From Takakia lepidozioides (lineage: Eukaryota > Plantae > Bryophyta), in assembly GCA_030704615.1 (NCBI GenBank), contig CM060731.1:80910001-80974000 (forward strand): a stretch of 64,000 bases of DNA. The letters are read 5' to 3'. The position numbers and the translations under genes are program-made. Positions 1-11,487 of this stretch are shown here, one piece after another (the stretch's first letter is position 1; each line of letters begins with the position of its first letter). The notes under the pieces were generated by a model. It had not been told where the DNA came from, ran no database searches, and saw only the letters and a list, made by a program, of their open reading frames with translations.

Positions 1-1228
1 CTTGCTTGCTAAACCTGTAGCCCATGGCTAACCAAGGTACCTGAAGATCCCAATCTCCTAGGTGTCCCTTTTGCAAGCCATACTTGCGCAAACCCCTCTT
101 CACTGTCTGAACCACTCTCTCTGCCAAGCCATCGGCCTCGGGATGATCCCGAGAAGTGGTACGGTGGTCTATCAAGGCTTTATCACACAAAGCCTGAAAC
201 TCCCCCAAGAACTCTCTCCCTTGGTCCATGAGTTCCTCAGCTGGAGCACCGAATCGGCTAAGCACACGATCCAGGAATACATACGCAGCCCCTCACTAGC
301 CTTGTCAGGCAATGGAACCAACTCAATCCACTTGGAAAAGTGTTCCACCATCGCCAACACATATCTGTGGTGGCGCATCGTCAGTGGCAACGGCCCTGCG
401 AAGTCAAGACTCCACCTGTAGCCCAATCCCATGATGGGTAAATGATGCAATTGTGGTGTAGGGGCGTTGAATGAAACACACACCCTGTCACACACCATGC
501 ACCTAGCCACAAATTGTTGCACTTCTGTGTGCATACCACGCCACCAATACTGCCCCTGCAAGTAGACTATGAGTGCGTCGCACTCCAAAATGCCCCAACT
601 CCTCATGGGCATGCCGCACTAACCATGCACGCTGTGTTGGGTGAGGCACGATCCTCACCCGACCATCCTCCCACACTCGAAGCAGGTGTATCCCCTCCCA
701 CTTGAACCTCTTGGCTCGTTGTAGGATCTGATCCATCTCCTTGGCATCACACTAGCTGCCGTGTCTCCAGTGCGGAGGTAGTCCAATACAACCGAATCCT
801 CATGTATATCTCTGGCACCACCTGGCTCATCACTAGCCTCAGGGTCCTCAGACACGCCGTCTATAGTCATCCCTGTTGTAGGTCCAACCTGACCTCCCGA
901 TGCCAAGATATACAAAAAGGCAGATGCATGCCATCGCAACACCATCTCCTCGTCCATCTCACCATGCCACTGAGCTCCAGTGTCATCCTGCTGGCTCGTG
1001 CATGGATTGCGACTCAATCCATCCGCATCCCTACTGACCAAACCTGGTTGATGCACAACCTGAAAGTCATACTCCTGGAGTATAAGTGCCCACCGTGCAA
1101 GTTTCCCCATAAACATGTCTAACTCCATCGACCACTTGAGTGGCTGGTGATCCATGACAAGGGTGAAGATATTGTCGTATAGATAGCACATGAAGTGTGT
1201 CACGGCCGACACTGCAGCTAAGCACTCA
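1..1228 (-). mobile_element. Ty3/Gypsy pol remnant: RNase H (C-terminal part) plus integrase (HHCC zinc finger and core), frameshifted, runs off the window start
   Basis: ORFs 655..1212 (DHQPLKW...GKLARWALILQEYDFQVVHQPG...ADGLSR), 503..736 (HEELGHFGVRRT), 172..612 (CMVC, WSLDFAGPLP, VEHFSKW); 1..60 reads DWDLQVPWLAMGYRFSKQ on minus. No RT is seen upstream. Confidence 0.92.
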
Positions 1229-1314
1229 ACTGCAACCTTAAGTCCAACAAATTTATAGGTAGAGGACGCGTCCCATGGTTGCTATGCCGCAACCTCATGA
1301 GCAGTACTCCCTGC

Positions 1315-1617
1315 CTAATCAGTCAATGACAAGGCCTCATCCTGCCCCATCATCTCATCCTTGAGGACCTCCTCAACCCGAGAAGAATCCCCAACCTCAT
1401 CCATCACAGCCGCCTTGGCTGCCAACTCCCTCTGATTCTCGAGCACCTCCCACGTGTGCCATGGATGTCTACACCTCGTGGTCCTCACCGGCTCGCCCCC
1501 ACTCACTGCCTGTACTGTCTCGGTAGGCAGAGAGACCATCAAGGGAAGTGCACTCCACACTCTACGTTGCTCAGCCATAGCCAAGCTGATAATCCAAGTC
1601 AAGCAATTGAGATCCAT
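1315..1617 (-). pseudogene. Distal end of a retrotransposon-borne C5 cytosine methyltransferase domain plus linker (MDLNCLTWIISLAMAEQRR...)
   Basis: The ATG at 1617-1615 continues in frame from ...RRQVLGQA at 5989 once the inversion is undone. Same strand as, and directly upstream of, the Gypsy RNase H/integrase. Confidence 0.65.
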
Positions 1618-3805
1618 TTGTTTTCGGCCAGAATCCCTCAAACAGATGAATACACTCGAGAGCTTCTGGAATTGCCTTATCCAGCTCGGCGAGAATGTTT
1701 CCCTAGTACTGCTCAAATTGTTCCATTCGACCTCTGTAATGATCGTCAAGCATCATTCCTTTCGTCCCAAAAATCCCTATATTTTTTTATTCCATTCTTA
1801 ATGAATGACTGTTTTTCGAAGGAGTTGTCCCCGACTCCCCAGATAGGTCTCCTTGGAACGGCGTCTGGGTCTCCTTCAGGGAGCTTGGGAGTCCCGTCAG
1901 GATTGGACTTCCATATCTTCACGCTATTGTTTGTTGGAAGCCAATCCGAATCAGTAGCGGACTTCTTGTACTTCATGACGGGCCAGTCCTCCGCATCCTT
2001 AATAAAACAAAAGACGTGCATCTCCGAAATCCCGACCAACGCCTCCTTTCCATCCAAAATATAGCCCTTTATGTACAAAATTCTTGAAATAACCTCCTGA
2101 ATAATCTGTGGAATGAATTGCAGATCTTGCGAGGTCATAAATGACCTCATCAAATCCGAAAGAATGTAGGTGCTTTGTTCCTTTAGCTTCTTCGAAAGGT
2201 AGCTGAAGAACCCGTCGATGTCCTCATGGGTGTGTCCGACCATTAGAAACCCTAGCTGGATCTCTTCAAAAACATCTTTGGCGGTTAGGAGGGATAGAAA
2301 AGCAAGCATCCATCTGTTCTTATTGTCCTTCGCGGGGTTGTCCATTTGCAAGTACAGTCTTCTCGGAAATGGACGAGCATCACGTTTGTCTTCCGGCCTG
2401 CATGGTTTAAGAGCATCCAAACATCTCAATTTACCTCTTAAAAGTGATTTGAAAAACTCATTTTGAAGTCGGTAATCAAAAATGTTCCTGGACTCGCGAC
2501 AGGTTGGCTTACGTGCCAAAGAACCAATTGTAAAGTTTGAATTAAATCCCTTCTAGAACTCAAGAGAATACTGACCATAAGCTCCATCACCGTGTCCGTG
2601 CGTGACCATTCCCGTTAGTGAAACTGGAAGCTGATCCAATCCAGAAATCATCTTGTTTGGAGTCTGGAGCCTTGGAATAGTTGTTTTCCTATGATCCATT
2701 TTGTCGTGAATAATACAGAGAAACTCCTCCGGAATCATAACAGTCTTTTCCCCCCTTTTGGTGCCTCAAATGTTTATCAAGCGCTCGTTTGTGTGTCACC
2801 TGTTCCGCACTTCTCTTGACAGACTTTCTGATCAGGTCCTTTAACATCTCACACTCCGTGCACTTTGCAAATGTGCTCCCAGTTTTATGAACCTCCACGT
2901 TAGGAAATATCCGACTCCGGATGCGGCTAACAACCGACTGCGAGACTCCTTCCAACCCGAAAAGTCTATTCGTCTGTTACAATAAGGAAGGGTCAGGAAA
3001 GGAATGTCCACTGGACAATGGAGGTTCATGAAACTAGAACCACAGTCCAAAGAGACAAAATCGAAGGGAGGGTCATCCACATTGAATCAAAAAAAACTTC
3101 CAGGAATGAAATTGAAGAATGGAGATTTCATACCTCGTTGGACTCGTCTCGTATTCGCTTCCAGTTCATTTTAGGTGGTAAGACTCTCAAAGTATCCCTC
3201 CTTCCCTCCCCAATGCATCTTGTCTTATGGGGGCATGAGGTCAGTATTTCCGTTGATAATGGACATAATGTTACCCTCTGCCTGAAGCGTCCGTGGGCGT
3301 GGCCTCTTCACTCCACGGTTCCCATGGAGACTTGACAACCAACCCTGTTTACTCAACTTTTTGTACTCTATGTATGTGGACCTGCCAATTCCATGAATTG
3401 TCCACCAAGCCGTCTCACAAATATCTACACCCTCAATCGTAACGTATGCCCTGCGAGAGGTCCCTTCCAGCATGTGAAGTCGTTTTGAAACATTTAGTCC
3501 ATGTTCTCTCCTCTCATCGAAAGTGGATCCCCAAAACGAAGTACGGATAGCCAAGGTTTTTTGCCAATCGAAATATTGACAGAAGTGAAGTCTGCAGCAA
3601 GGTTTGCTGCTCACGGATCGGACTCCTCCAGAGTAAGATTCTTCATTCTTTTTTTGGAGTGTTCAAAATCAAGATCCCTCTTCTTCCTCGTAAAATGCCG
3701 ATACGCCATTTTCTTCACACCTGCCTCGTGATCTTCGTACAAGATACTGTCAGAAGATCTAATAAAATTCTCCAGATCATTTGAGAGTAGTCTCCCACTT
3801 TCCAA
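1618..3805 (-). mobile_element. Sola-like (DUF7869-type) DDE/D transposase pseudogene, main part
   Basis: Collinear broken ORFs 3225..3614 (CCRLHFC, ICETAWWTIHGIGRSTY, HGNRG), 2689..2955 (FAKCTEC), 2553..2738 (IIHDKMDH), 1746..2519 (LYLQMDNPAKDNKN...FLMVGHTHEDIDGFFS), ending ...LFEGFWPKTN at ~1618. Confidence 0.75.
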
Positions 3806-3849
3806 AAGTCGTGTTTTTATTAAAGGTTATTTTACAAGAGACATCAAAG

Positions 3850-4464
3850 ATCCAGATCCTCCAGAAAGTATTCTGGTGACAAGAACTCCAACATCATCCT
3901 CTCCCAGTTTGTCATTGAGGATCACCTCGTCCGGAATGCAGGCTTGAATCCTCCCCTCGAACAGTGCACCCCCATCATCACTCAACAGTACGCACTGCAA
4001 GTTTCTCCAGTTGTTTCTTCCAAGTCCTCCGCGCTCGGATTCTCGGAACTCTTTGATGGTATGTGGTTTGATTCATCCTCGTCGACGTCAGAATTTTCGG
4101 CAGTATACCTTCTCTCCGGCGTAAAATCAAGATTCATGTCATGCCCTCCTTGATACTCGTTATTCTCCGCATGAACTTCGCCAACATTCCACACCACCGG
4201 GGTCCCAATGGCCTTCTTCAAGGTGTTAACATCCATATGTCCATAAGGAAGAGTACATAATGAGTTTGCTTCATCATAGGAGATGAGAACCACTGAAATG
4301 GTTGAGGAAGATAATTGGTGTCCATAACAGGTCCCAACCCCGGAGACATTAAGGCAGTCCCCAGTTGCTACTGGAGATGAAGATCCGGGAAGAGTAAGAA
4401 ACACTCTGTGACCAATCTCTAAGCTCATGATCACCGGAACCTCCACTGCACACACGAGGTTCAA
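3850..4464 (-). pseudogene. Upstream ORF or N-terminal exon probably belonging to the Sola-like element; function unknown
   Basis: 160-aa ORF 3982..4464 on the same strand, just upstream of the transposase, with an acidic low-complexity tail. Confidence 0.35.
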
Positions 4465-5730
4465 GAAACTGAAAACCCCTCCGTAACGACCTTACTCACA
4501 GTAATAAGCAGTATGAGTTAAAACTCTATTCAGAGATGAATCAATACAAAGAAAGAAATACCCTCGCATATGAACGTTTCAAAGAAGTAGAATAGAAATG
4601 GAATTACTGTTTGGTCTGGAACATGTCATGTGAAGATTGAGTCTAATTATATAACCTCCACTGTACAGTGAAGGTTGCATGAGATACAGATGAAAAAAGT
4701 CGGACGGATGAATACTAGTGGATGAATATGGTTACGTGGATGAATAATTGTAATGACGGATGAATGTGAGCATTGACGCGACTGTCCAGTGGAGATCCAC
4801 GACTTGATGGATGGTAGAATACGGAAATTGGAGAGATAGACAAATACAGCGAAAGGAGAGTATTGGACTATAATTTCTAAACGTGCAGATGAGAAATAAG
4901 TAGATTTTCCTGTAGACTATCGAAAACACATAGATGTCATAACATTTCCTACGGAAGAAAATGAAGTTCACACGAGATATTATGGAAATTCAGAGAGGTA
5001 CACCTGCGATGGCCACACAGGTACAGGAAGCTGAGAGAGGTGCACAATGGGCAGTGAGGTGGGAGATGACCAGAGAGCTGCGGGAAACATAATCTGCAAG
5101 TGAGAGGTATGGAGATAGAAGTTTGAACAATTTGCACTCAGACCTTATATACTAGAGGTGGAAACCAGGTTGCCCGCTGGAACCCCTCCAATGGGATAGT
5201 GCGATACATTGTCTCGTGGATCGATTTCCGGCGCCGTTGATATCCGATATGGCCACAATCGAACGGTTTTGGATGGTGCAGGAGTGCACTCTTTGAGTGA
5301 TCTCGGAAATGAGTGTCCTTTACTAGTAGAACCCTATGTCACAATTATGATGCCTGAACGATAACGGTGGTTCAAAGGTTTCGTACTCGTGCTTATAAAG
5401 TAATACATATTTCGCATTCAATGTTGTCCAAGTGGATCAAGGCCATACGCCGTTGATAAGCGTTTCATGAAATCGTGCAGCTATGAAACTCGGCCGAGAA
5501 TGCGGCGGGCGTAAATGAGTGAGAGATGAAATATTCCACGCCTTAATCCGCCGAATGTAGACATTGTCAGGAGCAATAATTCCAAGCAGCAAAACGCCGC
5601 AAGCGGATCTGACTTGTACATTTCATTTATCGTCATGTATGGGGTGTGGGAAATATCCCGCGAGGTTATAATTGTCAATTGATGATCCTGTGCAAGGGAT
5701 CATTAACGTCATATTTTCTCGTCTCAGGGT

Positions 5731-5991
5731 GTGAGACACGATGACCGTCTGCCTTTGGCAGTGGTCAACAAGGTGGGTCAACCACGAGCAGCACTACCTA
5801 CACTGCTCAGCTTCCCAGGATTGCATGCTTTCTGGGATAGTGGACCTGGCCTCCTGTGGGATGCTCAGTTGCAGCAATTAGTGGAGCCTAATGCTGACGA
5901 GTGCGAGCGGGCTATGGGTTTTTTCCACTGGGACCACGGCGGTGCCTTCTCTTTCTGAGGCATCACGTCGTCAGGTGTTGGGGCAAGCGAT
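5731..5991 (+). pseudogene. Retrotransposon-borne C5 cytosine DNA methyltransferase fragment (motif IX/X region), 1-nt frameshift in a T run
   Basis: Reads HDDRLPLAVVNKVGQPRAALPTLLSFP...LVEPNADECERAMGF/STGTTAVPSLSEASRRQVLGQA, matching the E-x-E-R-x-M-G-F...R-x-x-x-L-G-x-A pattern of C5-MTase motifs IX-X. Confidence 0.7.
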
Positions 5992-6285
5992 TCAAGAATC
6001 ATCTCAGAGATAGAATCCATCCACATAAAGTACCAGATGTGGAAGAAGAGGATGAAATCCAAGAACCTTACTATGGCCCGAGGTGTGAGCGACCAAGAAT
6101 ATCCTTGAATCCGTTCAAGGATATTGAGAAAGGGTTTTTTGTGCTCGTTTGCCCTCATGACCCAAATACGTGCCCGGTCTGGATGGGGGTGACAATATCT
6201 GACGTGATCCGCGAAAAGGAGGATCCTAATTTTAAGAAGGTGAAGGTGAAGTGGTGGAGACCGAGAAAAGGTGGTAACCCAATGT
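5990..6285 (+). mobile_element. C-terminal part of the Sola-like transposase displaced by the inversion
   Basis: FKNHLRDRIHPHK...EPYYGPR...NPFKDIEKGFFVLVCPHDPNTCPVWMG...VKVKWWRP. The junction ttcaagaatc joins to ...ccgaaaacaaat at ~1618 on minus. Confidence 0.6.
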
Positions 6286-7055
6286 AGATGCATATATTGG
6301 TACATATTTCTTTTCGGATCGTTTTTTATCTTAAGGCAGACAGTTTAGGCATTGTACTGCCAAAGCGGGGCAGTTTGCGAGTTATCTGGGAATCGCTGAT
6401 AAAGCACGTAGGAATTTAGTTTATGTTTGAGACGACCGTGGATGAACTGTGGCGTCAAAATGACCGTAGGGAGCTGCATCGACAGCGAGTTAGGCTGCCA
6501 ATTCGGTACCAGTAACGACAACATGCACCTGTTCAAAACAGTATATGGCGACTGTTCCAGTCCCGGATTGCGATCTCTCTATTCTCTCGCCTTTCAAGTC
6601 CATTAGGAGCACGCGGCAAGGAGTCTTAGCAATTGGAAGAAACAATCTATACAGCGATGAAATATCGCGACAAAGTAGTGCTGCATCGGAATAAACGACG
6701 GGTGAAGGAGCTTCCCAGCTAAGTTTTGAACTCATCAGCGATGCAAAGTGTGTAGGAGGAGACTCCAGATGATATGTGACCCAGTGGCAGGGTCAAAGAC
6801 CCCCTGGGGACACCACCAGTATTTTTACTGCCAGGAAGCGACAGACTGCCTATATGGCGAAACCATGGAAACCAACTAAAGGTGTGGTTTTTCTTCCCCG
6901 ATTCCCTTGAGATTTTGTGTGCAGCTACGGGCCATCTAATTATAATTTGTCACCAAGTTTGAGGATTTTTGGAGATGATGAGAGACAACATCAAATTATC
7001 ACGCATCAAAGAGGATGTGTGTGCATCTCTATGTATATGTGTGAAGAGCATAGGT
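6283..7055 (+). repeat. Internally deleted copy of the LTR at 40461..42024
   Basis: Near-identical to 40547..41265 (tgtagatgcatatattggtacatattt...attatcac), then jumps directly to the match of ~41987..42020 (tcaaagagga..gtgtgtgcat..gaagagca.aggt). Confidence 0.85.
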
Positions 7056-8909
7056 GTGAAGCCCCAAGAGACAGGGCCTTAGGAATCTAACCCAATTACG
7101 TCATGGAAGTGAGGATAGATGTCCATTATTATGTTTAAGGAGAGGGCGAGCTTGCATGAAGTGACGAAGCTCTTGTCAAATTTCCCTTTCTAGCTTAGTG
7201 ACAACGGCCATATTGCATGAGACGGCGAAGCTATCGCCAAAATTTCCATATTATTAAGTTCATATCTATAATTTATAAGCCCCCTGGCCATAGAGGACCA
7301 TGGGAGGCGTTGGTAACTAGCTTTATAAGTGGTTAAGCTATTTTGTAGAGCGCTGCCAAAAAGGCAGAGCCCAGCACTTAAGTGCCGACGCCTTAGGCGC
7401 CTTTGGGTTGGAGGTCAACCAAGGAGGTTGCCTAGAATCGCCATGGAGAGGCGCATCTAACACGGGTGGCGCGGCCTTCCCCCGTGGGGGGAATTGACCC
7501 CTGGAGCAAAGTACGCTCGCTGGTGCACTGCGTGGCAGCACCATGCGCCATAGCTAGGCCCGCGCAGGTACGACACGAGCGGCAGAGACGACGGAGCCTG
7601 CCTATTACCCACTGGACCTACGCCGGCGGCGGGCCAGTCACACCGCGCCACGTAGCGCTGGCCGCGGGGTATCGGTTTTAACCGCTGGATATTACGACGG
7701 ACCCTGCCAGGGACTGTTGGTCCCTGGGACGAGTATTTTAAGGGGGTTTTCTTCCTATGCCTTTCATTTCTTGTGCACTATTCATGGTGTTCTTCTTGCA
7801 TGGGAATGAAGGCGTGTTTAGCAAATGATAAGAAATGGTTGGAACCATTGGATAGGCTCCAACGAGGCCATAAGTTTGATATATATTCCAGTGCTTGAAG
7901 CACGGCTCACGGGTAGATGCCACAGGTAGAGAGAGAGAGCCCAGAGACAGGGATGAGAGAATCCCTGGTGGGGTTTCACAAGGTAGAAGATGACACGTTT
8001 CAACTTCGTTCTAGGCTGGTTGCCTGCATAAATTAATCAGATTATATTGGAAGTAGGTGGAAGAGGCGCAGATAATGGACCCTAGACCCACTGACTGTTT
8101 AATCATTGTTTACATACCAAGGTGGCGAGCAAATGAGAAACTGATGGGCGGCAGATTTCATTCATCCTGGCCCGGTGATGGTTTAAGTTGCTAATGCATT
8201 CTTGAGTGGTTTGGTATAGGAATTCATGGGCGCTCCCAAGTGGAGAGCGGTTCCCAAATGCTCCCAATATAAAGGGTGTTCCCAGGGCGTTCCCCTGGTA
8301 CCTTGAGGGTAATTTAGTTAGCTCCAGCATCCTACGATGATTCTCAACGAATTTCATGCATTTGTAGGAATATTTTAATGATTTGTCTTTATTATTTAGC
8401 AGGGTAATTCGTCTTTATTAAGGGATTTTATCTGGACCCCCTTAACTTCGAAACGCACGTTTTTGGGGCGGTATTGCCCCCTTCCGCCGAGGATATTTGA
8501 AGTCAAAGTACCCGGCTGTTGGGGGGGGGCTTGGGCCAATGAACGGCCATTGTTATTAAAGCTTGGGAATTACCTAGAGGTTTGAATTGTTATCATTCAC
8601 CCGATGGACTGACCATTGAGGTTGCATTTTGGGATCACTCTAAGCATAAGAGACTGACTTGGGAAAGCAGATCCGGTCCCTTCCTAGGAGATAAGACACT
8701 AATCCACCTCGGGATTTAGGGGGGGACATTGGGCGGGAGATAGATGATCCTTGTCTCCCTGGGCTCGGGATTCGTTTTGTGAAGGGATTTGAAGGTTCAT
8801 CCCGGCTATAAGCGTGTTGGGAGTCCAGACATGTAGGAAGTAGTAATAAACAACGACCCCTAGGCTAGTATGCCGTCACCCTAGCCGCGCGCGACCAGGT
8901 TCCGTCATA
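7055..8909 (+). mobile_element. Putative 5' LTR (~1.85 kb) of a tRNA-Gly-primed LTR retrotransposon
   Basis: Starts TGTGAAG and ends CGTCATA (degenerate TGTGACG...CGTCACA termini), 3 nt before a PBS. The left boundary is inferred. Confidence 0.55.
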
Positions 8910-8912
8910 TTT

Positions 8913-8930
8913 TGGTGCGTCTGCCGGGAG
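8913..8930 (+). promoter_or_regulatory. Primer-binding site complementary to the 3' end of cytosolic tRNA-Gly(UCC)
   Basis: TGGTGCGTCTGCCGGGAG is the reverse complement of ...CUCCCGGCAGACGCA-CCA (plant tRNA-Gly UCC 3' end, from memory). Confidence 0.8.
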
Positions 8931-9649
8931 GTAGTTAAAAGTCAGGGCCTCTCAAAGTACTTATGATATTTGTCCTTGTGCTAATTTTTTCTTACTTTTT
9001 GTTTTATTGCTTGTTCATGAAGTTACTTCATCACGTGGAGGTCGAGGAACCCCATGATCATATGGATTAGAATCTCTTGCATGAGAATTTGGAGACAAGT
9101 CATTTTGAGGACTAACTTTATGGCAATCCTGGAGGTGCAGCATGACCACCGACCAGATGGCAGCCCATCATTTCCACTTGTCATTTGAGGCTCGCGTTGT
9201 GGGCCTATATCGTGTCATTTCAGGCACCCGATCCGGCGAAGCGCGGACAAAGGATGCCATTGTGGTCTGCAAGTTAATGCGCATACGTATTTTGGACATC
9301 ACCGAAGAGTACCGTGGGTACTGAATTTCGACCAAAGTAGGGCCGTTGGGAGACATGGATCTTACCTCTACCATCTCTTCTTTTTTCAGATTCAATACGC
9401 GTTGGCCCGGATGTTGCCAACCCCCCTTCTTAGGGAACCTCAACGTGCAATCCTCGCTTGAAGCACATCTCGACTGACAAGTGGCGTATTTAGGGTGTTG
9501 CCCTCTATGTCGAACCATCGCTGACGAGGGAATCGATTTTCATCATCCCCGTCCCACTATCCGGAGGTCTGGAGACGCTATCTCCTATCTAACCAAGAAG
9601 AGTTTTATTGACCTTCCTTTTGATTGGATGTGTTGGTTGTTTGGGTGTG

Positions 9650-10440
9650 GATGAGAAGGGAAGCAGGGGAACCGGCCAGGAAATGAGGGGATTAGGGAAC
9701 CAGGGGAGTGGGCAGGGAGACCAGGGGATCAGGGAACCAGGGGAACAGGGCGGGAGATGAGGGGATCATGGAGGGAATGTCGGGACTGCACGGGGGATAA
9801 GGGGATGGGGGGACCACGGGGTGAGGGGATGAGGGACGGCAGAGTTCAATCGGGGGATCGGGGGATTACGGAAGTAGGAGGATCGGGGGATCACGGGTGA
9901 AAAGTCGTGTATAAAGGGGCAAGTTGTGAAAGGTCATTCATGCACTATGAAAGGTCACGTCCCTTGCATGTACGAGTGGTGCATAAGCATGCAACAAAAA
10001 CTGAAAATATCCCCTGATGTCCCCACCTGTTCCCCTGGTTCCCTAATCCCCTGTTCTCCCCACCCGTTCCTCTGCTCCTCTGATCCCCTGATCTCCCCGC
10101 CCGTTCCCCTGGTTCCCTGATCCTCTGATTTGCCCGTTTGTTCCCCTGCTTCCCTGATCCCTGCTAACCCCTCGTACAATCCCTTGTCTTCTTCATCCCC
10201 TCATCCCCCGACCACCCTGAACCTGATCCCCGCGATCCCCCTGACCCCCCTGAACGCCTTCTAGGCTCCATTATCTCCCTCATCCCCCAATCCCCTGGCT
10301 AAGTGATCCCTTGTGGCACCGACCCCACCAGTTCCCTGAACCCCCTACCCCCTCGTTCGATGACCCCCTCATCCGCCACATCCCTGGTTCTCTGATCCAC
10401 CTCAAGGATCCCCTCACCCCCTCACCCCTTGATCCCTTCA
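9650..10440. repeat. Fold-back of GGGGATC/GGGAACC-rich arrays (G-rich arm 9650..9900, spacer, C-rich arm 10010..10440)
   Basis: ggggatcagggaaccaggggaacagggcgggagatgaggggatc (~9725) closely matches the reverse complement of gatcccctgatctccccgcccgttcccctggttccctgatcc (~10082). Confidence 0.8.
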
Positions 10441-10499
10441 CAGCACAGTGGACGCCAAAGAAGGCACAAAGGGATTACAAAGAATTGGACAAGCTTCAT

Positions 10500-10850
10500 T
10501 TATTTTTTCGTGGGGAATGGAGATACAATAGCTACATCTGAGGCATCTGAGGCATGCACATGCGACAGTCTTATACGCTGCAAATCAGCATCATCCCAAT
10601 TATCCACTATCCATCCACAAAGAAAATCTTGCTTTGATACTGCATACTTACATGTAAACCAATCTGCTGTAAAAGTTGCCCCCCATTTTTTTGTGATTTT
10701 GGTCTCCAAGTATTTCTGTATGAAAGTCATTACAAACACTAGAAGCATTCGTGTCTTTTCCGAATCGACTGCATGTCCAAAACCACTGAGGGAACAACTT
10801 TGAGATGTTTGTTACTACTGCACAGTCGTAACGGATAAATTCGCATTTCT
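10500..10850 (-). pseudogene. Possible C-terminal fragment of a transposon Ulp1-type peptidase
   Basis: ...Q....HEC/ VFVMTFIQKYLE...FTADWF resembles the region after the catalytic Cys of peptidase C48; weak match. Confidence 0.3.
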
Positions 10851-11487
10851 AATGGCGGATAGAAGTTGCATCAATGACTCCGCAGTCGGCACAATATTCG
10901 CGGCGATTTAATTCAATTACGTAAATTGTTTTTTTTTTAAAACAGCAATTACAAGTGGTTTTAAGCACTAGAGAACGACTCTTAACAAATAGGCATTCAT
11001 TGCACACCCTATTCAAAAATGGAGTTTAGTGCTCCACATGGCTCATGACGTGGAATATTTTAATGTATTTTAGGGCTTGTGTGGCTCGTAGAGATTGTTC
11101 TAATCGTTTGATGTAAAATGATCTAAGGGTGGAAGAGTAACTTTGTCCTTTGCCTGTATTTGTCTAAGTGTTGGGAGAGGGATAGAGGCTTGGGAGAGAG
11201 ACGAGCAAGTGATGCGAGAAGGACGAAGACCAAATCGAGGCCCATGTCCTGTTGTTGCAAGCGTTTATGGCGTCAAGGGCGCATTATGTGCAAATGTGGG
11301 CTCTTGGCTCCCCTTTGTACCATGATTTGGTATTCTTCCTGATAATCACAAGGTTCTTGGGGGAATCAAGGGAATCAGACAGTAAGTCATGTGAAACTGT
11401 TTTTGTGGCAGTTTGTAAGCAGTGGGCAGCGATGGTGGGCTGTTGTAGGATTTGATGAACTCAATGCCGTGTACTGACAGCAACCCC

